Position numbers and translations under genes: made by a program. From assembly GCF_009914755.1 (NCBI RefSeq), contig NC_060927.1: a DNA stretch of 64,000 bases; one strand, 5' to 3'. Under the pieces are notes generated by a model, which saw only the letters and a list, made by a program, of their open reading frames with translations, searched no databases and was not told the DNA's origin. The stretch comes from the human T2T-CHM13v2.0 reference genome, Homo sapiens. Positions 1 to 12,815 of this stretch are shown piece after piece (positions within the stretch are counted from its first letter, which is position 1; each line of letters starts with the position of its first letter).

Positions 1-488
1 AGTGGAAGGCATCAGGCAACTGGGAACTACCTATTCCCTATAGGATTTTGTTCTACTGTATTGCCGTATTGCAATGCCATCCATAGTAGCATACTTTTTA
101 TTTTCTGTTATAAATATATAATCTCATAGAATAAGAATGTATTCTTTCAGCTGCTCATTAGTTGAGTCTAGTTCTCCTCATATAAAGACTTTAAAAAAAA
201 AAAAAACAAACACCTATTTTAGTAACACTTTCTGGAACATCTTTAATTTTCCAGATGAATTGTTCACTAATTAGTATCCCAGGAGTGTGAGTGCTATAAA
301 TGATAGATACTCTTTTAATTTTAAAACTAAGATGGCTTGGAGAATTTTTAAATTTAAGTCCCAAGAAAATTTAACAGAAATGCTGATAAAAATGGTATGT
401 CATTCTATGCTTATGTTCAGTGAAAGAAATCGAATACATTTATTTTTCCCAAATAGTTAAGTTTACAGAGTTTCCTAATAAAGAGTGG

Positions 489-859
489 TGATATAGTCTG
501 GGTCTGCATCCCCACCCAAATCTCATGTCAAATTGTAATCCCCAGTGTTGGAGGTGGGGCCTGGTGGGAGGGGATTGGATCATGGGGGCAGTTTGCCCCT
601 CAGTGCTGCTCAGTGATAGTGAGTGAGTGCTCATGAGATTTGTTTGTTTAAAAGTGTGTGGCACCTCTCCCCTCTCTCTCTTCCTTCTGCTCTGGCCTGC
701 TGCCCCTTCACCTTCCACCATGATTGTAAGTTTCCCAAGGTCTCCCCAGCCATGCTTCTTGTACAGCCTGTGGAACCATGAGCCAATTAAACCTCTTTTC
801 CTAATAAGTTACCCAGTCTCAGGTATTTCTTTATAGCAGTCTGAGAATAGACTAATACA
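489..859 (+). mobile_element. MSTA-like MaLR solo LTR
   Basis: Starts TGATATAGTCTGG...CCCACCCAAATCTCATG, contains the AATTAAA poly(A)-signal region, ends GACTAATACA; flanked by a perfect 5-bp TSD AGTGG (484-488, 860-864). Confidence 0.92.
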
Positions 860-2125
860 AGTGGTATGCCCTAAATTACCATGCAACCTAAAACTTAAAG
901 GGAGAGATTAAATAAAACAACATTTTTGTTTATTAAAATAACCATCTATTTAAAAATGTTCATTACTTAATAATGACCTATAATATCCATTTAAGCATCA
1001 AATTGGGCAAAAATTATTTACAAAGTTCTACTTTTGTTTCTCTCTTTAAATAAAATATTGGCTTCAGAGCACTCATAAGTTAATAGACCAAAGAGAATTC
1101 TAATCTTTCGATTCTCGGCCTAATTTTCTCCTTTCATTTTCAGTATGAACATAGGGGTTCCAGGTAGACATTGAAACAAAACTTTAGAAGGATTAAAGAA
1201 GGAAGTAAGAGCCAAACAAGGAAAAAATAAGAAACAAAAAAGAATGGGGTAATCTCTCCCATGACAAGCCCTGAATATAAATAAGGGTGCGGTCTTAAAG
1301 TGAGTCATTACTCCATTGCCTACTCCTTTCATGGCAGAGACAGTGATGTCGTGGAATAGAAGCTGTTAAAGAGGCTTTATATAACTATTAGCCTCTGAAA
1401 CAATAGACAGGCAGCAGGGTGTTGTTCCAGAAAATGTTCAAAGAGGAGGAGTAATTTTGTCCTTTACAAATTTAATATCTTCTCTTTTCTCCTATATCAT
1501 TTGGAGGAAGCGCCTTTTTCCTTTTTCTCTTTTTTAAGCAAAATAAGCGTTATGCACTAGTAGGTAGTGAGTGAATTCTCTTTGCCAGCAGGAAGAAAAG
1601 CAATTTTTGAATGCCAAAAATAGCTCCTTTGTGTGAAAATATCACATAGCCCAAGACATTTTTGGGAGAAAGCAAAGATTCATGTTCTGAATTATTGTTT
1701 TTTAAATATACAGGCAGAGAAATGTTAATAATAGAAAAGACAGAAATTGATGGTCATTTCAAAGTCTGAATGTTTATCCTGTTTACGACACACTCAGACT
1801 TTTGTGTGGTCTCAGTCATAATTCCTCTCCCAGGCTATGTCTCTAGGAGATAGGTATTCCTAATCATTCTGTTTGGGTCAAGACATTTTATTCCTTCCCT
1901 ACCTTTTACTACTTGTTCCTATGCAACATTACAAACCAGCAAAGTATGAACTGACCTGGATATAGGAGATGGCCCTAGAGCTGCAGACAGAATTAAAAAT
2001 CGTATCTTTTTTTTTTTTTTTGTAAAGCACCCCGACATCTTTGGGAACCGTACACTCTAGGGAATCTTTTTATCCATTATTTGCAAATAGCAGACCATCA
2101 GCCAGTTACAAAGACTTTTGATAGA

Positions 2126-2380
2126 GGTGGTGGGCATCTTTTACTTTCACCCAACCAGTATCCCTTTCTGCTTCATTTGATAGTAACATATCCTTTTCTT
2201 TTGAAAAACTAACCATTCTTATTACATGTCATTTTGATGGCACTGTCAGTCCAACTGTACTGCCTTCCTTCTGGCCAGTGAGTGGATGGCCATGTGAACC
2301 AGGCTGGGACAGTGAGATGTTTTCCTATGAACGTGAGTATTGAATGGAATGACACAAGAATGGAACATGGTCACTGACTC
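2126..2380 (+). mobile_element. Old MLT1 (K/L/J-like) LTR fragment
   Basis: Motifs CACCCAACCAGTATCCC and GGCCATGTGAACCAGGCTGGGAC resemble old MLT1 LTRs; highly diverged. Confidence 0.5.
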
Positions 2381-2384
2381 ACTT

Positions 2385-3801
2385 TGCTAGTGGTTCTACT
2401 TGTCTGACTGCTGAATGAATTCTAACTCCTGACTGACAGATTTTGGAACCTGGAAGTAGAGTGCTCTCATAGCAAAATCTAAAATGAGACAGTGGTTTTG
2501 GAAATAGGCGGTGTGTAGAAGGTGGAAACTGTGAGAATTTTGAGTAGAGTATTGGTGAAAGATCAAGTACCTTGAACCCATTGTGCATACAATTTTGAAT
2601 TATGAGGAGGCTGGCAGTGAGGCCTTAAAGGAATGGGAGAAAAATCTTATTGGAAACTGGAGGGAAGGGCAGAAACTTAACAATACACTTGTCTGCAGGA
2701 ACATGGAAAGTAGAAAATGTGCCTGATAAACTAGGGGATCTAGCTGAGATTTCCAAGCAGAACGGTTAGTTACCACCCATTTTTTTTTTCTTGCTGCTTA
2801 TAGTAAAACATGAGATGAGAGAGAGCTAAACTAAGGGAAGGACTGTTAAACAAAAAGAAGCTGGATCTTGATGGTTCTGAAAGCTCTCACACTATTCAGA
2901 AAGTCGGAGATGCTAAAACGGAGATAATGTCTAGGGTGTGGCCATAAATCTTTTTATTAAGATCTTCACAATTCTCTGGTACCTCAGAGAACCTTCAGTC
3001 AGACTGAAGGGCCCCTTAAGGAGATTAAGAGTGTGCCACACAGATTCTCTCAGCCAAAGAGTAGAGCTTCTAAGAAGCCTAAGGGCATTGTCCCCAGTCA
3101 TCTCAGCAGAAGCCCAAGGTGGAAGGGAGATTATCTGTAAGAGGTGTGTGGGTGGGGCTTTTGTCTGATGGATTTAACCTGGAGAAGTTTCACAGGAAAC
3201 CCATAAGGTTCTCAAAAGAGATAGATACAGAAACATTACCACTTGGATGGAATGGGACAGTGCAGAACAGTACAGAATGAAGACAGGGCTTTGAAGGCCC
3301 AGAATTTTAACACCTGCTATATTTTGCAAAACTAGAAAGAAGACTAGGAGGGTGAAACCAAGAGCCCAGAGGGCAGAGTGGAGAAACACGAAGAATTATT
3401 TCAGATATGAGACCTAATCAAGGATCTTCCAACATTTGCCTGGCTCAATTTTAGAACTGCCATGGACCTGTAACCCCTATGTCTTCCATCCCCTACCCCT
3501 TCTTTGAACAGGGTCATATAAGTGCTTATCTTATATCTGTCCCGCTGTTGCATGTTGGCAGAGGAAGACATAATTTGCTCTTGTTTTATGGGTTTAAAAA
3601 TAACAAGGAATTGTATTTGAAGAGCTGTGCTTAAAGAACTACACTTGAGAAACCACATTCATACTTGGACCTGATTTAGATGACGAGATTATGGACTTGA
3701 AGCTGATATTGCAATGGAATGAGAATTTTGAAGTCTTTGGGGGCAGTGAGTACATTTTGCATTTGAGAGGTAAATAAATCATTGGGCACCAGAGGATACA
3801 C
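2385..3801 (+). mobile_element. MLT1-int (MaLR internal region)
   Basis: GATTTTGGAACCTGGAAGTAG start motif, typical MaLR-int blocks (TTATTGGAAACTGGAGG, CTTGCTGCTTATAGTAAAA, GGACCTGATTTAGATGA) and a PPT-like stretch directly before the LTR at 3802. Confidence 0.8.
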
Positions 3802-4332
3802 TGTGGTGGGCAGCCTCTAAGGTGGCTCCTAGTGATCCTTGCCTTCTGGTATTCACATCGTTTTGTAATACCTTCTTGCTGAGTGTGGGCTGGGCTTGTT
3901 GACTCACATATAACAAATAGAATACCTGGGAAGTGATAGGACAGTAATTGAGGGATTAGGTTATAAAAGGCTGCAGTTTTCATCTTGGAGGCTCTCTCTC
4001 ACTCTCTTTTGAATGACTTACCCTGGGGAAGCCAGCTGCCATGCTATAAAGCATAAGGCAGCCCTGTGGCAAGTCCCATGGAAATGGACTTGAAAATAGA
4101 CTTTCTGAGACCTGCCCATAGCTATGTGAATGGGCTTGGAAGCAGATATCCTTGAGATAACTGTAGTCTCAGCCAAAACCTTGATTGTAGCCCATGAAAG
4201 AATCTGTGCCAAAACGACACAGCTAAGCTGCTCCTGATTCGTGAGCTACAGAAACTTTTGAAAAATAATTGTTTGCTATTTTCAGCCTCTAAATGTTGAG
4301 ATAATTTGTTATGCAGAAATGGATAAAAATAC
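3802..4332 (+). mobile_element. MLT1F-like LTR (3' LTR)
   Basis: Starts TGTGGTGGGCAGCCTCTAAGGTGGC; ends TTTGTTATGCAG...AATACA. Confidence 0.85.
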
Positions 4333-4729
4333 ACTCATATTCTAGAGGATACACTATGCTATAATGCTCTAATTACTATTATTCAACATTTTGTGAAAAG
4401 GCAATTCCACTGTGTTTAAGAGGATGACATTGTCAATGAATCTTTTAGTCACTATTTAGTCACTATTTGAAGAGTGCCAACTTTGACCACAATTTTATTT
4501 TTAAAAATTGTGCTAATGCCAAATTCCTTTTTAAATCTGATTTCTCAAATATCGTGAAATATAAAGTTTGGTCTCCTACCTCTCCACTGTCTTAACTGAT
4601 CTTTTGATTAATTCTTTTCTTTAATTACAAAACGATAGCTTAAAATGGCATGAGGGCATGGTGTTCCCTTGGTCCTTGGAATTATCCCAGGTTGGAGTGC
4701 TCAAAGATAGGCTAGATTTATATATAATA

Positions 4730-4945
4730 ATGTTACCTTTATGAGATGCTTATGTGTAACAGGAACTTTGAAACTTGCTTTCTGTCATCATTTTAGACAA
4801 TTCTCATACCAATTGTTTGAATTAGGCATCATTATTATTCCTCCTTTAAAGAGAGTTGCCCAATGTCATACATCAGTGAGAGGTGGATCTGAGATTTGAA
4901 CCCAGATCTGCCTATCTTCAAGAAATCCTGAGCTCTTAATCACTT
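4730..4945 (-). mobile_element. MIR SINE
   Basis: Antisense MIR core TTGCCCAATGTCATAC...GAGATTTGAACCCAGATCTG. Confidence 0.75.
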
Positions 4946-7670
4946 TAGGCAAAGAAGATGTCCTGTGCCTCTTTGCATGAATTAATAAGCTGTGATAAGT
5001 GGATTCGCTCCATGGCCCAGTGGTTACAAAACAGAACCTGTGCAAGCCCATTTCATATCCTCCTGGATGCAGCCTGTGAGGGGTTTTGAATCCAGAGAAG
5101 CCCTTTTGTTACATGTGAGCCCAGGACATTTTTGAAGAGAGAAGTCCATGCCCAATCTGAAATAAACTCTGTCACCAGGTTATAGCCTCTGCCTTTAAGA
5201 AAACTTTGGGCAATCTTAAACATTATTCAGAATGTGGGAGATACTTGAAGTGGTCAGTTATATTGATTTTTCAGGATCAAGAGTACATGAATTCTAAGAG
5301 AGAAATCAGAGGGTTTCAACAGGCATTTGGATGGAGTGGAACAAAAACTCCCTGGCTATGCCTGTGACCAAGACTATCACTGTTTGTTTTCCGCTAAGGG
5401 AAAACAGGGGCTAGCATGTTTGGTAAACTGTTACATGCCAGAGTGTTCACTAAATGCTTTATGCATTTGGGTCATTCTGACAAACATTGACTCATTTGTT
5501 GGTTATTTAAAAGGGACAATTGAAATATAAAATATGGTGAAATTCCTGATATTAATAAGTGTCTTTGTTCTATTTGAGAAATCAGATTAAAAAAAGAATT
5601 TGGCATTAGCACAATTTTTAAAAATAAAATTGTGGTCAAAGTCATTAATGAAATATTTATTTTTATTTGCTTTCTTCCCTCACTAATTTTCCAACAGACT
5701 TAATTTCTTCAAAATCGAATCCTTTATATTTCTTAAAGCTTCAGCATAATTTTACAAATTGTTGAAAATACATTCCATGTTTTCCTGGTCATGTTTCTCA
5801 TACCTAGACTATGTATTCAGTCAAACAGGGTGATGGTCAGGCCAAAGTTTATCTTATCACACCAGAGTTTTTAGGTCATTTCCAGTTTTCTTATTTTTTT
5901 TTTCTTTTCAAACTTTCACTTGAAAAGAAATTAATTGGAAAACACTAGCAAAGCTTTTTTCCTTCCTCTTTTGGCTACTTAACTGCCAACTGCCAATTGT
6001 TTCTGCATTCTTTATCTGATGTGCACAAGATACAGGAAAATTGTGGCTGTATTTGGAGTTGGCAATAGTTAAATGGAATTATAGAGAGTGACTAAAACCA
6101 ACATGTATTTTGTAGAGTCTTTTGATTACACACAGCTTTCTCTGAGACATAAAAAAAAAACCTCTTGAAGGATTAGCTTTCTAGGGAGAATTACCATTTT
6201 GAAAGATTTTTGCCACATTTCAATGACAAAATTATTCAGAAAAAAAAGTGCCTCTCTGTAAATAGTCTCTAAAGTCTCACAAACATCTGAGCTCTTGGGG
6301 GCCAGAATCAGGGCACAATTTGCGTAAATTAAATACACACACACATTTGATAATCCAAAGGTCTCTCAGATGTGTTTTGACCCCTCTGGAAAGTATCATC
6401 AAAATAACTGTACCATCTCTTCAAAAAAGCGCCTGTGACACGGACCATGAAAACACGGTTGTAGAAATCTTATTTTAACCATTGATGTATTACAGCTATG
6501 TTAAAGTGGCAGCTGAATTAACTTGGTTGAAAACCAAGTATGTTATATGTATCTTTTCCTCAACAGACCAGTGTGAAATATAAAGCTTATTTTTTTATGT
6601 AACTCCTTAAATGATCTAAATCCTTTATTTAAAACAACTTACCTTATGATAACTCTTCTGACAGATTTAAATACTCTTTTTATAATATGAGACTTTGCAT
6701 ATTTCTATTGAGATAGCTACATCAACACATTTCCTGAAATTTTTCTTAATAATTAATTTTAATAACATGTGATATGCTGGTTGGAATTTGTGGTTGTTTC
6801 ATGTGCCTATCTTATTAGAATTTCAAGCATTCCCAAAGCATTCATGTTGGAAAATGACTTAGACAAAATTTTGTGCAATTGGTTAATTTCTCATCAGAAA
6901 AAGTCCTGAGAGGTTGAGTAATTTTGCAGTTAACTAATGCCAGACCACTGTAAACAAGAAACAAAATGTGAATCAGATGCTACCTTCTCTGAAGATGGAA
7001 TCCATATCAAGCAAAAAATCTGACTTCAGAAATTCGCTTTGCAAATTAGTCCAGTAGCTGTCTGTCACGTCACCTGGCATCGGTCCACAGCCTCCCAGTA
7101 AGACACTTGATAGAGTGAAGACAGCAGAGTGAGAATGTGGTATCCTCCCTCGTCTAAGCCCTCCTTAGGCAAGCTCCCTCATTCCAGCTCTCTCATCCCA
7201 ATACAAGTTGGGGTAAGATAAGCTCTAGTTGTGAAATGCTCTATGACAAGAAAAATTCAGAGAATGTGCTTTTGTGACCATGAGAGTGTGTTTTACTGCT
7301 GGGATGAGGTGAGCCATACAGAGAGGCAGGTGGAGGGGGAGAAGAGAGCTGTGATCTTCCTGGAAATAATTTGCTCCCATGTCACCCCCGGAAAAGGCAT
7401 CTCCCTTAAATCAGGCAGGCATAATGAATGGTGTGATACCCGGCGGCCTGCACAGTTATAAATACACAACCTTTCATTCTAGAGATGGCCCATTACCACT
7501 CACTAAAACAGTCTGTCACAGTGGTGCTCTGGGGCCATTCATTTTTCATGACCTTCTTGGAGACGTGACTGGGATTTCCTGAAACCACGCATAGGTCCCT
7601 GCCCAGCAAGCGCTCTGCATTAACATCCCTTAATTCTTCTCTTCCAAAGGTTATCATGTCCTGTGGGGGG

Positions 7671-7673
<3 letters not shown>

Positions 7674-7706
<33 letters not shown>
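7674..7706. repeat. (TG)n microsatellite, ~16 units
   Basis: Read directly from the sequence. Confidence 0.97.
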
Positions 7707-7710
<4 letters not shown>

Positions 7711-10025
7711 CTTCCCTAGCAGGCAGAGAAACAAACAGCACAAACTAAGCTTGACCTTGTTGGAAATACAGTTTATCCACAGAGTGAATGTTGGCTAAAA
7801 TTTAATCTTATGACATCAGGAATGTTCAAAGTTTACACAGGAGGTAAGAAATTTTAAAAATCAGTTTAAAAAATTATCTCACTATTCCCAAGGTTCAGAT
7901 TTCACATCATGAGAGGCACACTTTAGCGGAGCAATTGCAGCAAAGCAGGACCTTCTCATTTGCTGGCTGCTTCAAATAACAGTTGTCCCTTTGATAATAT
8001 TGACACCTATCTCCTTCACAATCTAGTGCTTCTCCTGCACTTTGTAACATATCCCATCTGTTTTTTTAGGGCCACTGTCATAAGGACGCCTGGAAGAGTG
8101 AAGAAAGGCCTGATTGATCACAAGGTCCTATCAAATGTCAAAGCTGGCCCTGGCTGACCTCCCATCTATTCAGAGCTGCTTTGATTTAATCTCCAAACTG
8201 GCTGCTTCTCCAGGCTGTGAGTTCTATCTGCAACCCATGTGTCAGCATTGAGATATGACCTGCTTCACGCTCTATTCATCTCATTTGAAGGACGGAAATT
8301 AAACTCGAGGGTCGAAGAGGGGAACTGCTCAAAATACACACACACATTAACTGAAGCCTTTTGTGTGGGTACATTATAGGAGTTTGAACAACCATTAAAA
8401 ATTATATTAAAATGAACTTGATCTTTACTCCACTGAAATGGTTTAGAACTCTTCCTCCCCTCACTGCCCCTTCGTCTATTCTTTTTTCCCTCTCATATTT
8501 GTAGTAATCATATGAACCTGATCTTATTAAGATTCAAAGTGAAAGAAGAGAAAAATTTACATTTTTTCAGTTTCTTTAAAAATGGTGTCCTTTAGAAAAT
8601 TCACTTTGCCTGTAGTTTGCACAGTAAATATTTTTTTTAAAGAGATAGGAGAAGCCAGAACCAGACTAATAGAAATGCAGACTGCTTTGTTTAGCATTAT
8701 TGATTCATTTAAGTTTCACCTTGTAAGGTTTTTAAAAAAATTAATTAAAACTCAAACTTTGGGAACAGTTCTATAACCATCAGGACACATTGGTATGGTA
8801 TAAATCTATATATCCTAGGTTCCATTTCTTATTTCTAAACTCTTCTTTCTCTTTTCATTGGCCCTTTTATACTATCAAGGCTAATAACTAAGTGAAACTT
8901 GATTCCTTATAGATTTGTTTGCATAAAAATTTCAAGAACAAGCTCTACGTTATTTACTAGAAGTACCTCAAAAGTATTGAAATAAAATAATTATAAGTGT
9001 GTTAGAAAAGTTAGTTATACTTATTTCTGTGTTTATTCATTTGCTTATGCATTCATACATTTAAACTCTGTATGATAATGGCATCCAGGTAGGAAAAATG
9101 TTGTTGCTTGTTTAGTTAAAAAGATATACTGTACATTTCCACTGTAAGAGTAGTACATATTCAATATAGAAAAGACAATTGGCAAAGACAGGCAAGAAAG
9201 AGGGAATAGCAGACATCAAAAATACTATTGACCAGAAGTAAACAACATAAATACCTTTGTGTTTATCCTTTCTTTTTTTTTTTGTAGATGCCCACTTTTT
9301 ATTTTCCTTATATAAAATCATACTGTTTCTGCTTGGGAGAAGACTGCATTTTTGATTGTTATATCACCTTTTATGGAAATGATTATTTTGCTTGGTAATA
9401 TTGTATGAATAGCAATTCAGATTTTTAAGTTTTTTCACTATTATGAATATTTTTATGTAAAAATATAATTATATATAGTATGTTATTTATGTTTCCTTTA
9501 TTTTCTCCAAAATACTCTAATTTGGGAAAAAAAGATGTGCTCAATTTACTGGTATAGTTAAAACTATAGTCTTTTCTTTTACGGTTTTTCATTTGAATAC
9601 TCACTTGGAAATAATTTTCCTTCTTAAATAATCACTCGTGTTTTCTTTAAGACATGTCATTTGTTTTATATGTAATATATGTACAATGGAATGAGTACTA
9701 TAGTGAATACTGATACTATTTCTACATAAACAATTTCATGGGACTTATGAAAAATCTTTCTGACTACGGTCATATGGAGAGAAACATTTGAGCATCTGAG
9801 GCATTCAAATAATGCTGTTTAAACATCTAGTTTTGCAAGTAGGGAAGTGGAAGAACACAGGATGATTGTATCTGTCTTGTACTTCTCAGTAAAATCTCTC
9901 TTTCTTCATATCCTTATGTTAATATCTTATTATTCATGGCAGAAATGTTGAATAAATGCACTTTGCAAGTTAACTCATTCTTTGCAGTGCCAGGTGGAAA
10001 GTAGGCTCATTCTTTTAATATGGTA

Positions 10026-10230
10026 TAGCATTTTGCAAGAGAACTTTTTACAATGGTGGAAATATTCTATAATTGAACTGTTCAACATGGTAGCCACCAG
10101 CTACATGTGGCTATTGAACACATGAAATGTGACTCATGTAACTGAGAAACTGAATAAAAAATTTTATGTAATTTAAATTTAAATCAATTAAACCGCATGT
10201 GACTAGTGGCTATCATATTGGACAACACAG
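10026..10230 (+). mobile_element. MER3 (hAT-Charlie MITE)
   Basis: GGTAGCCACCAGCTACATGTGGCTATTGA and CATGTGACTAGTGGCTATCATATTGGACA, the internally palindromic MER3 signature. Confidence 0.85.
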
Positions 10231-10499
10231 CCTTAATAGTCTTAGCATTGTTAGGACCATTTTAATAGTTTGTGAAGCATTGTAGATGTTTACCCAGTTA
10301 CTCAAGTTTATTTCATTGAAGAATAAATATAAGATGATGAAGAACTTACAGTCTCTGAATATAATAACAATAAACAATTACATTTGTCCTGAGAGATGTT
10401 TTTCATGGTTTCTTTCAGAGAAGAGAATTGAAAATTTCAAGAAGGCAAAGGTGATGGAAGTGTCTTCATGAGACCCTTGGGTAACATAAATTGGCAAAG

Positions 10500-10780
10500 A
10501 ATTGGATGATCTGGGTTCTAAGATCTGGCCTTAAAACTAGCCATCTATTGACTGAGTAAGTTACTTCACTTTTTGGTGGTCTTAGTCTCTTGATATTCAC
10601 CACACAGGGTTTGGAAAAAATGTATTTCTTTGTTCCTACTATGGCTAAATTATATGGATTTTTTCTGTCCTGTATTCAGAATCAAATACTAGTTTTTCCT
10701 TCATACCTCAATAATGTGTATAAGCACCTAGGGCCAGATACATTCTAAGTGTTCAATAAGTATTTGTTGAGTGAATGGAT
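10500..10780 (+). mobile_element. MIR fragment followed by L2 3' end
   Basis: CTGGGTTCTAAG...GTAAGTTACTTCACT (MIR); GTTCAATAAGTATTTGTTGAGTGAATG (L2 tail). Confidence 0.65.
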
Positions 10781-11893
10781 GTACTTAGTTGTCTGCCTGG
10801 ATCAATAGCTCCTTTAACACTCCATTATTAAAGTTTGATATTTTCCACACCTAGACTTAAGCAAAGTATTAAAACATGGATGTTTTTGATGCAGGTGAAA
10901 TATTTTGCTACAGAGTGGTAGAGGATCACTAGGCACAACCCTCTGCTCTTGAGTTGCTAAAAGGGCCTACTTCCAGAGATGGCCAAGAAAGTTTGGGACT
11001 CTAGCACTCAGCTGATTTTCCTAAAGAAAAGCCCTCAGGATGTGCTCAAAGACCTGGATCAGGCACACTGAGGTGATGATGGGAGGTCAGGAAAATGGCC
11101 AGAATGGAACTAAGATTTAACTTCCCAGAACACTCATATATGATTTTTCTGAAAAGTTTTTTCCGCACCTTAGCAATATTAACTACTTTGAATACTCAAG
11201 TCCAGAATAATTACATTTTCCTTCTTTCACATTCTGACACTTATATATATATCACTTATGAGATATTTAATACTACTCTTTTGAGAATAAATAGTTTATT
11301 TTTAGTGTGATGATGTCTTTTTAATCCAATGAAACTGTTAGCATCAATAAGGACAGAGATACTACCTTTATTTCTGGCACACAGTTCTCTGTATCTCGCA
11401 AACTCCAGCACAGTATAATCTACTCAGCATCAGACACATGGGAAAACACTATCTAAACAGGAAAGCATTGTACAAACATTAGTAGTTGTTATTATGATTA
11501 GAATTGATGTTTCAGGTAATTTAATAATTACTCTTACTTCTGGTACATACCCTCCTCCAGGAATGTAAAAGCTCGTCAGTGTTTACTGGGCTTAGCATAG
11601 ATGTCCTGAGATCTTAGCATTTCTAAGATTTCAAACTGTACAAGAATATACAAAAGAACATTTATCATGCTCTCCATTCAGAAGGATAATATTAAAAATT
11701 AATAAGCATTTTAGTCTGCTGGGATGCAACATAATTCAGGGGAGGGGAGGAGGTCCGTCGCTATCTTTTTCAAGGGCAATTCACAACAACACTTTGCATG
11801 ATAAATTCCTGAAGCTTGATGTTCTCCTCACCATTATACAATGTGAGTGCTGACAAGGTCTTTTAAAAATAACAATACTTTATTTTAAATTAG

Positions 11894-12295
<402 letters not shown>

Positions 12296-12599
12296 TAAAA
12301 AAAATAGTTCACGTAAGAAACAAAAATCTTAAGGAAGGAATGACTTTACTTGTGACTTATTGATGATAAAAGGAACTTGGAAACAATTTGGATGCCCAAT
12401 ATTAGAAATGCTTAAATAAATTATACTAGCAAGAAAACACATTAGAAAGATGTTAACATTTAGCACTTTAGAGCTTAGACAAATATATAGAAAAATTTTT
12501 TTTGGAAAAGCTTAATGCGATATTTGTACACAAGTATGTGAAATGCTATATATGAATGCTAACATTCCCCAAAAGCAAAGACTTATTTTACTGGGTAGG

Positions 12600-12721
12600 C
12601 TGTTTGCATTGTATAAAAAACATGAGTTTAGAATTAGAGCTAGATTTAAATTCCAGTTCTTCCATAAGCTGTGTGACACTTGCAAATTATTAATCCTCTC
12701 TGGATATCTATTTCCTTATTA

Positions 12722-12765
<44 letters not shown>

Positions 12766-12815
12766 AGCAAAGCCACTTTAAGAGTCTAGGACATAGTAGG
12801 AGCTCAATGCTATTA
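12600..12815 (+). mobile_element. MIR interrupted by a GT repeat
   Basis: TTTAAATTCCAGTTCT...AGCTGTGTGACAC...; tail ACATAGTAGGAGCTCAAT. Confidence 0.7.
12726..12763. repeat. (GT)n microsatellite, ~19 units
   Basis: Read directly from the sequence. Confidence 0.97.

Noticed and set aside
5660-5700. Strong-looking + strand acceptor (CACTAAT...CCAACAG)
   Set aside because: No nearby donor or open exon follows; isolated splice-like motifs are common.
10085-10230. Inverted repeat or hairpin
   Set aside because: Explained by the intrinsic palindromic structure of MER3.
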